Shown here piece by piece: positions 23,693-37,588 of a stretch of DNA of 64,000 nucleotides. The position numbers and the translations under genes were made by a program. The notes beneath the pieces are model-generated. The model ran no database searches, was not told the origin of the DNA, and saw nothing but the letters and a program-made list of their open reading frames with translations. The DNA comes from Nemertoderma westbladi (lineage: Eukaryota > Animalia > Xenacoelomorpha). The stretch spans positions 58,386-122,385 of the forward strand of contig JAUCBJ010007168.1 in NCBI GenBank assembly GCA_032718475.1, given 5' to 3'. The stretch's first letter is position 1. Every line of letters begins with the position of its first letter.

Positions 23693-24917
23693 TAAAGCTA
23701 ATTCCTTCACCGCTTGGACTTGTTGCTGCAATTTGCGTTTCTCTAAACAATCGTAAGTTTCTTTTCCGATCTTTTGCCGAATAGCATCTAACGCGTTTCG
23801 TACAACGCTCTCCTCAACTTCCGTGACAGGTTGTATCGGGTTTAAACCGGGACGATTGTACGGGTTGAACGGCGATATTAGATGCCCGCGTCCCAATCCG
23901 GCTAGATAGGAAGGGCGAATATCTAGCAAGCCCACTACCGGAGTGCCACCGATTAATTGTTCGGGTAACAAAAGATCTTTAAATAGTGAGTACAGTTCAG
24001 GGGGATCCGTTATACTATTAGGATCAAGAGTCTGAGGTCTCACTAAGGAATGAGGAGGTCTGACCGAGTATTCCGGAACTCTGATCATGGGTTTATTTAA
24101 GGATCGTCTGAGTTGAGCGAGCGTAGGTGATACATTGAACAAGTTTCGCTCGAAACTCCCATAAGTATAACGAGTAAAACTGTGTTTAGCGCAACGTCTC
24201 CGCGGATGTTATGTCTTTCGGTTTGCTGGTTGGGTCTAGGGCATTCGTTGCAGTAATACCAAAGACGCACGTCCTGCAGATGAAACGCGGGTGATCGTTC
24301 TCCAGTTTTACAATATTCCTCCATCTGTTCGAAGCTATCTGGAACGACAGGTAGCGGTCGATCGGCGGTAAGATACATCATAGTGAAATAGAGCCGTTTG
24401 AGTTCTATCATAGGATCATGATGTATACCTTGAGGATATCGAGTTTCTAGATTTTGTTGGCTGGCGATGTTGAGATATGTTTCTCTCAAGAATTCCAGAT
24501 ATTCGTTGAAGTCGCTGCGTTTATCCGGCTCTTCAACGTCTTCTCTTTCGAGTCGGTTTCGAATAGAGTTCTCGTGTTCGATTCTCGTTTTATCGTTCCG
24601 ACTCCGATGGGTATGATATTTAAAGAGAACCATTTCCCTTTCGGTGTCTACATCGTCCGTATCGTGTAAATCGATAGGATGGCCAGTAGTTAAGAAGTCC
24701 ATATACGTACCATTACGATGCGTGTAGCGAGCGGTGAATTTTCTATAGTCCAATTCACGCGTGAGTTGCTCCTGGGACATTGGCGGTTCGATATAATGAC
24801 CATCGTCCTCTGTAGTAGTTGGACCAGCGTCGCCGCGTATCAAGCTATCAACAAACGCTTGTAACGGTAGAGGTATCGCTCCCTGATACCAAGATCATCT
24901 TCTATCAACTCAGTCAT
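23693..24917 (-). pseudogene. Accessory ORF2 of BEL element 2 (frameshifted; ORFs 24097-24843 and 23669-24142 are one gene)
   Basis: DFNEYLEFLRETY...DPMIELKRLYFTMMYLTADRPLPVVPDSFEQMEEY...RLWYYCNEC, then after a frameshift at ~24208-24194 RRCAKHSFTRY, in frame with 23669-24142. Plausible ATG at 24917 behind another frameshift. Confidence 0.85.
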
Positions 24918-25739
24918 AGCTGCTATATGAGTTTATCAATATTATAATTAGTTATAATTAGGCTAGCGGGCATCGCTGCCTACCCCTCACACCTCACGGC
25001 CCCCGGACAGCGCAAGATCCTCAGCGCCGATGTACCGTCGTCGCTGTGTTTTTCGCCAACGTAGTAGCTACACAACGACAACGATAACCAGCGCGAGTCA
25101 CTCCACTGTCCGTCCCAAGGGCTTAGATTTACTTCAGGTTCTTACTGCAGAGGTAGGGCTACTTTCACAACTGCGACTAGCTACTGTAAACACACTTTAG
25201 TAGTATCATTCACCTATAAACGCACAAATTCCACACAACTGTCACAAATTGTACACATTCGGGCAATTTGTCCGTTAGTCAAGTGCCTTCCAGAATGCCA
25301 CGTTATTATTATGTATCCTTGGATACTAGCAGTTTGCTATTTATTCCCTATGCTATTCAATGGGGTAAGCTTTCTATTGTTCTTTTAACTGGCTTCTAAT
25401 TCTAGCGTGGTTGTTGCTATGGTGACATTATGGAAAGCTAGCGGTAGAATTAGGGTAATTCCCATGCATACAGATCTGGGATGCTATTTAATAGTAATTC
25501 TTTAATTGTCAATATCCCCTTTATACATGATTTTATGAATTTTATCGGCTATTGACTATATATTGGAGATTCTCGCACACTAATACACTTAATAGGGTGA
25601 ATCTCCGCTCCCATGATCTATTAATTAATGGAATTTTGGGAATGTTATAAATTGTATAAAATGACAATTTATCAAATTCATTAAAAGAGATGAATTTAAA
25701 TTTATTCCCGTAAATTTTATTATTTAATATTAAAACAGA

Positions 25740-26105
25740 CACAATTTTATTCCAGAACATGTCTGGGGACTAGAATCCTTAATTCTATGAAATTTGTCTT
25801 TTTAAGAGTATCGGTAAGTGCTACGATATCTTAATCGACTAGAATTTTAAAGGATCTGAATTTTAACAGATTTGGATTTATAGATTTTCTAGAGTTAATT
25901 TGTAAGTATTCACTCTATGATATTTGTTTGACAGATTTTATAAATATTAAATTATTAATATTTAAGATGGGCACCGATTTATTCCAGAACTTGTCTGGGG
26001 ACGTTAACCACTGATTCTAAAATTTTGTCTTTCAAGTCTATCGGTGGGTGCCGCGATATCTTAATCGACTAGAATTACAGATGGTCAAAAGGTTTAACAG
26101 ATTTA
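25740..26105. repeat. ~120-bp diverged direct repeat (period 232) between pol and ORF2 of element 2
   Basis: attccagaac.tgtctggggac ... cgatatcttaatcgactagaatt starting at 25749 and 25981. Confidence 0.8.
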
Positions 26106-26622
26106 TTTTGCTTTTCACGCTACTGTTAAAGGGACATCACGCTACTATATGTATTATTTAATATACGGTATGAGAGCAATATCGCACGAAGCAATGTCAG
26201 TGAGAAGAGGCAAGTCGTTTCCAAGGTCTACCCAGAGCTTGGTTTAGCCGAGACACGAGGATCTGAACTTTGCATTCCTAATACTCTGCCTACCAATAAT
26301 ACTTGAATATAGTAGGAGCTTCATTGTACTTTAATAAGTACGGACATTTCATCTTACTGTAGTCACGTATTTACAATATGATACGGACAGTAAGGAAAGA
26401 GAAAAATAATTATTTCTCGCCATTGCACTAAACATATAATATAAGTAATTATGTAATAAAACACGAATATATATTGCACTAATGTACTAAATAATCGCTA
26501 AAATAACATTCTACTAAATAAAATTAAAGAAAACGATTATAATAAAATTACATAATAATACATACATAAATATAAAAATAATAAAAATATAAAATAATAT
26601 AGTCACACACCCACTCCAAACT

Positions 26623-29600
26623 TTACGTTAGGGAGTCCCTAGATGTTTGTTGAATTAGGGAGGTGGTCGTGGGAAGAAAATCTTGCCTTCCATAGTTTCC
26701 GGAGAGTTCTCTGTCTCTTTCCAGTAAACATGAACGACCAACTGGGCGATTGAGTTGTTGTGTTTCGAACACAATTCCAGGTTTCTTAAAGTTACGTCGC
26801 ATGACGACAAGTTCTACCGTTCGCACCAAACCATCATCTGAGATATGAGTCTCGATGATACGACCTGTCTGCCACCGCTTACGTGGAAGATCTGATTCCA
26901 CAATAAGGACCATGTCTCCGGCGCTGACGTTTTCTTGCTGCGCAAACCACTTAGTTCGAAGTTGTAGCGTAGGCAGATAATGTTTTTCGAAATGGTCATC
27001 AAAACGACGGGATAACAACTGCATAAGTTGCCAAGTTTGCCGGCAGTATTCGTCTCCGTCCGTGATTTCTGATCGTGGGAGCATGGCTACAGGTTTCTTC
27101 AGTAGGAAGTGCGCGGGTGTTAGCGCTTCCAGGGAATCGGGACTCGATGAGACTGGCATAAGCGGTCTCTCGTTGAGATAGGCGGCGATTTCCTCCATTA
27201 ACTTCCGCAAAAGTTCGTCGGTGAGATACGCGCGGCACGGCACTATAAAGTGAAATGCGGTCTTCACGCTCCTAATTAATCTCTCCCAACTTCCTCCCCA
27301 CCGAGGGGCGTCGGCGGCGTTGAAGGTCCAGCTAGACGCTGTTACCCTTAGCTGATCGTCCACCTGTCTTTGGTTCCAATCTGTGACGTAAGCTTTGATT
27401 TCATTGTTGGCACCAATGAAGTTCATTCCCTTATCAGATCTCACCGTGTTACTAGTTCCAAAGCGAGCGATCTATCGGCGTAAGCTCAGTATGAAGCTGT
27501 TGGTAGATAGATCGTTCACCATATCGAGATGGATAGCTCTACAAGTCATACAGACAAAGATGACACACCATCTCTTGACTATAGTCCTAGCACGATATAC
27601 TTCAATAGGGCCAAATAAATCCACGCCGGTATTAGTAAAGGGTGGTTCATAGAAGCTTACGCGTTCCCTAGGTAATTCTGCCTCTCGCTGTGTTAAAGGC
27701 CTACTGAATGCTTTCCTACAGGGTATGCAGTTCCTAAGAACTTGGTTCATAGCTCTACGGGGTTTATGAAAATAATAGCGAGTTCGAATTTCGCTAAGAA
27801 CTCGTTCTCTACCAGCATGGTAAAGCTTACTGTGAACATCTACAATCATCTTGATTTGTATTTCAAGATTTCTAATGAGTATGGGAAACTTAGTGTCAAA
27901 GGATAATGGAGCATTAGTTAGTCTTCCTCTAACGCGTATTAACCCATCTATCATTGTGCTAGAGAAACGATCCCTTAAGCGCATCTGTGGATTTCTCAAC
28001 AACAGAAAATACTTATCGGAATACTCATAGCATTGCAGGAGTCTCAGTATCTGCTTATTGGTTTCTTCATGCTCCTGGTAACTGATCTTTTCCTTCAGAA
28101 ATCTGTCTGATATCTTGTATTTGGGAAGATCTTTAACAACATGGACCTGCGCAGATGTCAGTGGAGCAGTATCACTAGCGATTTTCTTTCTGGAGTAATG
28201 ATAATGAAAACATCGCTTCAAATATGCAATGGCCTTACAGAGCCGATTCCAGGAGCTATAGTGATGTATCGCTCTTTGCAGGAGGGGTGAGAGTCCCTGC
28301 GAGACGTCTGGTGTTCCAGATTTCCAATCTCTCTGTCTGATTTCCACAACAGTCTTCTTTGTTGCTGGGAATTTTGGATCCAAAGCGTCGTCTCCGGAAA
28401 TGTGCAGTACAGACAGATCTATCACTGGTTTAAATAACTTCGATTTACTCGCCCGGGTTTTAGGTTTGACTTTCTCCGCTCCCTTGGCTTGTCTAATCTC
28501 AGCCGTGGTAAGATGAGGAGGCCATTCATCTTCTTCCTTGCTTAGGAAGTCGGGTCCACCTAACCAGTCTGGAGTATCTATCAGTTCTTGTGGAGTTGCT
28601 CCTCTGGAGGCGATGTCGGCTGGATTAATCGTCCCAGGGCAATGTCTCCATTGATCTATCTTCGTGCGACTAAGTATAATGGCTACTCTGTTGGTAGCGA
28701 AGACGCTGAACTTACAGACTTCATTGGTTATATACTCCAACACGAGTAAAGCATCGGTCCAATAGACAGTTTTCTCCAGTGGATAGTCGATCTGTTCTGT
28801 TACATTCCGGCCGATGGCTGTAGTGTATAGAGCCGCTTTTAACTCTGCTCGAGGAACTTTCAGCTTGTTGTTTATCAAAGCCTTAGAGGTAACCAAGGCG
28901 AGCTTAATTCCATCCGGAGTTTCAACCCTCAAGTAGGATACTATACCTATTCCCATGTTGCTGGCGTCTCCAAACACATGGAGTTGATAGGAATACGTGG
29001 GGAGAACGTGACCAAAATATGAACGGGAAATAATAAAGTTCTCGATGGAAGGTAGAGAATCTTCCCATTTCATCCAATTCTTTAGCAGTTCTCCCTTAAG
29101 TGGATCGTCCCATGAGTGGTTTTCAAGCCACATTTGTTGTACTAAACTCCGAGCAATCAATATAACTGGGCTAATAAATCCCAATGGATCGAAATAAGTG
29201 CTCAGGATACTTAGACAAATCCGTTTAGTTCGAATTGGATTATCTTGCTGTTTTAACTGGAAAAACAGGATATCTCTCTCCGTGTCCCATTTCAAACCAA
29301 GCGTCTTGGTTTCTGGAAGATTGTCTTTGATAAGGTCTAGATCTTTAACTCCTCGGTCTTCTACTGGGATCGATTCCAGAAATTCACTGGAGTTACTGGT
29401 GAATTTAGTTAATCGAAATCCACCTCTTTTCAAGCACTTTACCGTTCCCTTGGCGACATCAATGACTTCTTCCACCGATGGGAGGGATTTTAAATTGTCG
29501 TCTATGTATATATCCCGTTTGATGTTGTCGATAACCGCTTTAGAGAAGGCGTCCCGGTTGTCATCAGCAGTGGTGCTCACTACTGAGCAGGCGTTTGAGG

Positions 29601-32600
29601 AGCTCGAGATGATCCCAAAAGCCTGGATGGTCATCCAGTACTCCACTGGTTTCTGGTTGAGGTCTCCTTCAGGCCACCACAGAAATTGTAGGCTATCTCG
29701 ATCCCTATCCAGCGCCTTAACTTGTAAAAACATGCCTTCTAAATCCGAAGCAAAAGCGATCGAATATTGTCGTAATCTTAAGAGTATTCCCAACAAGGAT
29801 TGGAGTAAGTTGGGTTCCGCCAACAACTCTGAGTTAAGGGATTGGCCCATGTAAAGGGCGGAGCCGTCAAATACTACCCGGACTTCGTTGGGTTTACCGG
29901 GTTTGGGAACGTAATGATGTGTTAAATAGTACGTTCTCTCAGTTATGGGTGTTTCTTCCAGTACTCGCTCCGCATATCCCTTGTCAATGAATTTCTTCAG
30001 CTGGGTCTTGTACATCTCCTTCGCCGAAGCATTTGCCGTAAGGTGTCGATGTAGTTGCGCGATTCTCTTCTCCGCCAAGGGTCGGTTATTTATAAAATTG
30101 GGTTCTCTCCGTCGGAAAGGCAGGCCAATCTCATACCTACCTTGATCTTTAAGAAAACGTGTGGTCGTTTCCTGTATCTGCTTGGCTCTTTCTTCTTCTA
30201 CCGATAGGGCCTTATCGTAGGAATTAGGCTCTATAGCTTCTTGAGTAAAGAATCGTACGGCATGTTCATCGCAAGTCTTCGTTGTTGTAACGATCTATCA
30301 CTTCATTCAGTTCGTCGCTGTAATCGACTTGTCCCGCTGGATGGATGAGGTGACACAGGTTCACTTGGTTTTTCCAAGTTTCATTTTCCGTAAGGAGGTC
30401 GATGGTATTCTCCTCGTCGAATAGTTGATGAATATCGTCATTATCTGAGGAGTATGGTGTTCCCTCAGGTGTATCGTCTCCCTCACTGATTTCCTCTTCC
30501 CATTCACTCACCTGGTGGACTTGATCTTTAGGTGGCCTTTCCATGAGTGTCCTACGGGAAGGTCCAGTAAAGTACCAACCTACTCTAGTTCTTCCCGCAT
30601 AGGATTGCAGTGGTTGCGGTTGAGCAGGCCGTTTCTCTAATGTCTCCAACGCCTCATGCGCATTTTGGCCGATGAGTATTTGTACCCCTGGGTAGTCGGT
30701 GTTGAATCTAGGTATATCATGCTGCTGGGTGAAATCATCTTCATCCCAGTTATAAGGTTCCACTTGGCTGGTAGCGAAGTTCTTTATCGCCACCATTTTT
30801 ACTGACCTTACACTGTGTTCTCCTAGTTTATCCTGGGGGGTGGACAACGCGCCTACATAGTAGTTTGTAGCTACTGTAGATTTCCAAACCTGCATAATTC
30901 CTGAAAGGTTCAACTTAGTTCGGAACTTGGGTTGTCCAGCAAAAATGTCTTTGGCTAGTTCTTTGTCGATGAATGTTCCTGTGCTGCCGGAGTCAAGGAG
31001 GGCGTTCACTATATAGCTCTTTTGTAACCCGTGGACTCTCAACTGCACTACGGGAAATTCTCGGATTCCTACGTTGGAAGTTGGCGCTTTCCAAGATGGT
31101 TGTCGATCAGGAATAGTTAGGGGGAGCTCACTATCAGTTTCAGTCTCATACGTAAGTGCTCGATACACTGCGGTGTTTATCATATAGCAGGATTCGTTTT
31201 CGTCGGAGAATTTGTCCGTATAAAATCCTTCCATCGCAGAACTGTGGTCAGTGTCGTTCACATCACTGAATTGGACATGTAGTTCGGACTCACTTACCTG
31301 ACTCGGGCTGTTTCTTTCAAATTCGGTGTGCAACAAGATATGATGTTTCGCGCCGCACTTAGCGCACCTAGCATCTGAGTAACAGGACCGCCGTTGGTGT
31401 CCTCGTCTGAGACAATTATAACACAACCGCTTATCCCACATGACATCACGTCTATCCTTAAGGGATTTCTTCAAGAATTCATCACATACACTTAAACGAT
31501 GGGGCCCGTCGCACAGCGCACATTTTGGTTTGATGCTACTTACTTTAACTTGGGTAGTGTTGTGCACACTCGTTCTTTCCTCGGGCTTTCTTCCATGAAT
31601 TATCTTAGGAGACGTAGGAGGAGTTTTTGTTACCTGTTCTCTCCTGTCACTTGTTCGAGACTTAAATTTACTTATGTCTTTAGGTGTTTTGTTGACATAG
31701 TAAGACCTTTTGGTGTCTTTCCCGCTGTTCTCCTCTTGAGAGGTTTGGCATTCGCCGTTGTCTGTATAACACACTGGTGTTACCTTTCTCCTAGAAACGG
31801 GTTTTACACTCACCTTATTTTCCGGTGTCTTCTCTCGGGACTGCTTTAGGAGCTGTAATTTCACCTCTCCATTTAAGAATGACATGAGATCATCCATGGT
31901 AGGGTCTCTTTGTTGTTGTTCCATCATATATAGAACTCTTTTGTCCCAACGAGTACCCACTCCACCCTTTGGCAAGGTAGATGCTACAGCTCCAATAACC
32001 ATAGAACTCTGATATTCATGAGACTTACCTAGCCAATCTAATTGTCTACAGATCTCCTGGATCTCATCGGAAAATTCTATAATCCCGCTGCTAAGAAACT
32101 TTCGGGGCGCTACCAATTTCGCATACAAATACCTAGCTATGTTAGTCCTATTACCATACCTGATGTTCAGTGTATCCCAAACTTGTCTTAATCCATCTGG
32201 ATGTCCAATAAACTTTAACGCCATTAACTTGGGAGATCCTTCCAAGCACTCGATGAGGAATCTAAGTTTCTCTCCGTTAGATAGTATGTTATCTTTATAA
32301 TATTCATTAAAAGGTAACCATTTCATCTCATCTCTGTTGAACTTGACGATCTCTCCCACCTTTACCGCTTGACGGGCTTCGGTTCTAGCCATTTGATGCG
32401 TAAAACTTTCTTGGGCCATCGTATTATTTAATATCGAGTTATCGGTATATAAATTTCTCGGATTATGATCAGGTCTATATGGAATATCATTATCAACAGG
32501 TTTATAATTACCCTTTATAGGGTTTATTATAGGAGTTTCTACTTCACTAGCAGTATAGATGCGTGTAGGCTCCACACCTTGCGCATGAAATACTTCAGAC

Positions 32601-35012
32601 CTAACAGGTTGACACATTGTTACAGGGGGTGGTGGTATGGTATACCCCTTTGTATATTTACTAATTTATCGCGTTCTAACGCGATACTCTGCTGCACTTC
32701 TTGCAGTTCTAACCTACCCTCTCTTACTGTTCCCTTTAACTGCTGCACAGTCCCTTCCATTTCTCGGACGTGCTGGGAGGAACGTATGCGCTGTTCCTCC
32801 AATTGTCCGAGCAAGAGATCCATCCACCGCCGTCCCTCATCCACCCACTCGACTGCCGAAGCGGGAGCCGCCAACATAGTAGCGGGTAGACGAGGGACGA
32901 CGGGCGATAAATCGTTGATGTCTCGCTCGGCGTCCAAGACTGGGACTGTTTCTGCAGCTATTCTATTGGGCACAGGTTATTTAGTACTGTGCAAAGGGAA
33001 TTTAGAGTTAGGTTCTGGAAGTACAGGGGTCTCTATCACAGAAGGGGTGGCTTCAAGAACAGGCCCAATTATTTCAGGCTCATCTACTATAGTAGGAAGT
33101 CTTTCTACTCTAATAGTTTGGTCTGTGGGTTCTGTACTACCTAAGTCTACACTAGCTAGTTGCCTTCTCACAGCTGGGGGCAAATTAGGCAATTTCTGAC
33201 GGTGGGGTGTTCTTCTACGTCTGCTGGAACGAGATCTATTTCCTCCGCCTTCAGGATCTGTTGTATCGCCTTCATCAGATGATGTAAAGCCCTGTCTCTC
33301 GGGAGTAGATCGACCTATCAGCTGCATCTGACTAGCTGTTATATGTTTATTTATGTAGTCTTGCTTCTCTTGAAGATTTTCCAACTCTAGTTGGGTTGTC
33401 TCTTCAGATGCCTTCCGTTTTGCTTCTACCACTGCCTCTGCCGCAGTTCTTTCTGCTTCTGCCGCTCCTGCTTTTCTTTCTGCCTCTGCCACTGCCGCTT
33501 TTCTTTCTGCCTCTGCCACTGCTGCTTTTCTTTCTGCCTCTGCCACTGCAGCCTTTCTTTTCACTTCTGCCGCTGCCGCTGTTGCTGCCTTTCTGTCTTC
33601 TATTTGTTGTTCTTCTATTTTTTTCTTCCTGTTCCCTAACGATGCGGATTCTTTCATCAAATTTAGCTCGATCCGCTTCTAACCTTTCCGCATCTAAAGA
33701 GTCTAGCACAAATTTGGCTTCCTCACTATTAGGGTGAAGTCCAGCTAGCCGTCTCCTTAACTCTTTGTCACCTATAAATCGTTGATAGTCTGACAGATAG
33801 ATGTCAATGGCATCCTTCTTCGGAGGTTTCTCTGATGTCGGTTCGCTTTCCACTTGAGAAAAGGTAGCGTCTGTTGATTCTCCGTGGGTTGAGCGCTCAG
33901 TTAGCTGAATTTTCCATTGGGTTGTTCCTTGGACTTTAAGACTCACTCGTTGGAACCAAGTCTTTACGGCAACTTGCAACGACGTGTCTTGGCTTCTCTT
34001 CAAGGCTTCCTCAAAGGCCGAAAGGATTAGTCTGATTCTTAGAATGCGTTCTCGAACTTGATAAAGCAGCTCTCCCTGCTCTTGAGGTCCGTGAGGTTGT
34101 TGAAACAGGTGTTCCTCTAATCGCTCCAAAGAGCTGAAGAATCCCTGGACATATCCTGCTGCCGACCTCTTCCACACAGCTGGATCTCGAGTGTCCCTTA
34201 CTACTCCCATCCTATATAAGTCCTCCCAGGCAGCCTCTTCAAGGCTTCCTCAAAGGCCGAAAGGATTAGTCTGATTCTTAGAATGCGTTCTCGAACTTGA
34301 TAAAGCAGCTCTCCCTGCTCTTGAGGTCCGTGAGGTTGTTGAAACAGGTGTTCCTCTAATCGCTCCAAAGAGCTGAAGAATCCCTGGACATATCCTGCTG
34401 CCGACCTCTTCCACACAGCTGGATCTCGAGTGTCCCTTACTACTCCCATCCTATATAAGTCCTCCTAGGCAGCTTTCGATAAGTTAAACGGGAGTCCGGG
34501 TCCGGGAAAGTTCCATTGCTCCTCGACAATAGACCTTAATTCCTCCATCATGTATACTGCATAACTCTCCCTGGCCGATCGCTAACTTCTTGCCCAATCG
34601 ATTTGATGTTCTTCCACAGCAATCAATACTCTCGTGAGTACAGCCTCAGGAAGAATGAGAAGCGGATCAGAATAAACTGCTTCTGCCATCTTTGCTCCGA
34701 TCTCCGGTGTCAACTCTACAGTATCTGTACTACTGGAGCGATCGGACCGCTGAGAAATAAGTTCTCGGCTCGGGTGTTGCTGGTGCTGCTGTTTAACAGC
34801 TGCCTCTTGGTCCCGCTTGACTTGAGCCCGCATGCCTATAATAGACCTACGGTGCTTGACTAGCCTAGGGTCTGATACTACTACTAAAGGGATGACCTTT
34901 CTTACAGTAGGAGGGGACTTGGACTTGGTCTAGGATGTTCTACACTCTTGTCTGAGTCGCAGACTGTTTTTTCTAGCAGACTATCTGACAGATTTTGCTT
35001 TGTGTCAGCCAT
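26623..35012 (-). pseudogene. gag-pol: BEL element 2 gag-pol, broken by stops and frameshifts
   Basis: ATG at 35012 (MADTKQ...CDSDKS, cf. element 1 MSDKQ...CDADKS); knuckles CALCDGPH, CYNCLRRGH, CAKCGAKHHILLH; LLDSGS; IYIDD; FGDAS; GVDLFGP; SDKGMNF; WERLIRS, spread over about 9 ORF pieces. Confidence 0.93.
33996..34473. repeat. 239-bp near-perfect tandem duplication in element 2 gag
   Basis: caaggcttcctcaaaggccg at 34001 and 34240; one visible mismatch. Confidence 0.92.
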
Positions 35013-35048
35013 GTTTGATTGTACAGTTGAATGCCTACTACTATAACA

Positions 35049-35409
35049 GTAATAACTACTACTACATGCACACATCTCCAACCAGACACTATATAACATT
35101 GGAGGTTTCTCATTGGTTCCCCCAAGCTTGACACTAGAACAAAATCGCCTCCGCTTTGCAGGACATTGCTTTCGCCGTGAGGACCAGCCAGTGCATAATC
35201 TTGTACTTTGGCAGCCTCATGGAGTGAATAAGCATGGTGCACAGCCCATGACTTTCTTGAGACGCATCTTAAAGGACACTGGCCTTAAAGATGCTGATGA
35301 TCTAACAAATGTCATGGGTGATAGGGAGTTGTGGCGGTGCAATTTTGTTGACAAGCCGGCACAGCATTCTTAAAAATGCAGCTGCAATGCAGCATGCCGA
35401 TCCTAGTAG
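35049..35409 (+). mobile_element. 5'-truncated RTE-clade LINE insertion just upstream of element 2 gag
   Basis: RLRFAGHCFR...NLVLWQP...DRELWR; 3' end matches ~54830-55095; TSD TACTACTATAACA at 35036-35048 and 35410-35422. Confidence 0.88.
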
Positions 35410-36856
35410 TACTACTATAACAACAGTTAAAGCAAGACTAGTAATTCAATATCAACTGTAAGCCTAGTGATCAATTACAATTACTGATACCGTTACTCAA
35501 TGTAACGCGATATATATAGTATTAGAATACCGGTATACACTTATAGTATATATATAAGCACTGCCACAAACTATGTTTAGTCACAGAATACCGGTATATA
35601 ATTTCAGCCTAAATTTATATAGATATATATAATAAGCCGACCTCAAATACCGGTATACAGCATACACTTATAGTATATATAAGTATGATTAAAGACCAGA
35701 GTTAATTACAGAATACCGGTATATAATTTCAGCATAAATTTATATAAATAAATATAATAAGCCTACTATAAATACCGGTAATGTCAATTATTTTATAATA
35801 ATTGAATTTCTGAATTTAAAGGTTACTTTCTTTTACTCTATTACTGTTATCAAGCAGTAGCCCATCTGCTATTAAGACCTAATTGATGTATAACAGGCCT
35901 ACTATTTTATAAATCGGTTTGAGTTGATTTATAATATATTTATATATACCCGTATAATGGGTTTTGTCAATATTGAAACAAATGTTATTATTTCTAGTTA
36001 AGGGGGTCACTACACAGAAGCTAAACGCTCTCAGTGAAGTGCTACTTGTTGGACACTAAAACAAATAATTCTACTTGACTAAGTAAATTATTACTACAAA
36101 TTACGTACAATTACAGGGTGAGATTACAATCTCTAAATAAACACAAAAAATTACAAGTACAAATTTTAGGGTAATTTTTACAGGGAATTCTACAAACCAG
36201 TCTAACAAGGAGTTAGAATTTCTGGTTATTACCAACGGGCAGGATACTACGGTATTTGAAAATAATTAAGCAGTAGTAAATACACTGTGTTGTCCAGATA
36301 AGAAATTACCACCGTCTGACGACTTATAGTCTTTTTGCTATACAGCACTATAAGTACTACGTATGTACCCGGAGTGTCTCTACCTACCTGGAAGTTAATT
36401 ACCGCAGCCTACCATAGCTAACGTGCCTATTAACCACTTTACAACACAAATATACTGCCTACAAACTAATTACCTTCGGAAAGTACTGTACACTAAACCC
36501 TAGATTAGGTACAAATACTTGTATAACAAATAACCAGCAGTTAAATATACTTGTACAGCTAAAGGAACCACGGTATCTGCTGGAGTGACTAGCGCATAAA
36601 ATCACCAGTCTTTACCTACGCCGAGCAGCCCTGATGTAGTACCGGGGTTAATTTAACTATAACGGTATGTATAACAAGCACAATTACTGAAGGAATAAAC
36701 TTGGGGAATTTGAAGGTTGCGATTACTTGCATAAACTCTGAATCATAAATATTAGACTACTATTAGACTTATTACTACACAAACAAAATACAGACCAAAT
36801 GCTGGCAGATTACTGTCAGGCCTAAATAAACTACAGTATATGCAGACTCCGAAGTT

Positions 36857-37588
36857 GTGGGGCGAGCCACGAAGTTGGTTTGCATAAATTGACCCACCCC
36901 CTAACAGTGTCAATTCGATAAGGCTCTGCCAACTTCGTGCTGCGCGAAGTCCCCACTTCGTGTTAGTTAGTATGCGTTCTAACCTAGTAGTACGACTTAT
37001 TCTTTCGGGGAGGGGGGGGGGTGATTTACCTTACTACACTGGCTGCCCCCACGTTCCTAACTAGCACTTTATCGGACCTACACTCTACACAAAGTGGGGA
37101 CTTCGCGCAGCACGAAGTTGGCGGAGCCTTAGCGAATTGACACTGTTAGGGGGTGGGTCAATTTATGCAAATAGTTGTCGTTGTCACGTTGGCCTTCTAG
37201 CGGCAGACTGGAGAACTGCAGATGGATCATTGAAAGTCACAGCTAATGGTCTAATACATATCTGCCAAGTTTCAGCTTAAACGGATTAAAAGCAAAGAAA
37301 TGGGAGGGCATTTAATGTTTAGACATGTGGCCCTCTAGCGGGAGACCATTGCACTGATGGTGTCTGAAAGTCTCTCAAAAATCTCAACTTTTGCTCATAT
37401 TGATACCTACAAATTTTCAACTTGGCAGCTTTAAATCCGACAAAGTTATTAGCATGTCAAAATCGTAACGACGACGACGACGACGACAACGACGACGACG
37501 ACGACGACGACAACTATTTGCATAAATTGACCCACCCCCTAACAGTGTCAATTCGCTAAGGCTCCGCCAACTTCGTGGCTCGCCCCAC
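36857..37588. mobile_element. Two oppositely oriented copies of a Helentron/HINE-like or MITE element (internally deleted 36857-36956; full 37094-37588)
   Basis: Long subterminal inverted repeat cacgaagttggcggagccttagcgaattgacactgttagggggtgggtcaatttatgcaaa, terminal hairpin cttcgcgcagcacgaag and (ACG)n microsatellite at 37468-37510. Confidence 0.75.

Noticed and set aside
24097-24200. TM helix suggesting ORF2 is an envelope protein
   Set aside because: TVLLVILMGV lies after the frameshift; the homologous frame reads RCAKH, and there is no signal peptide.
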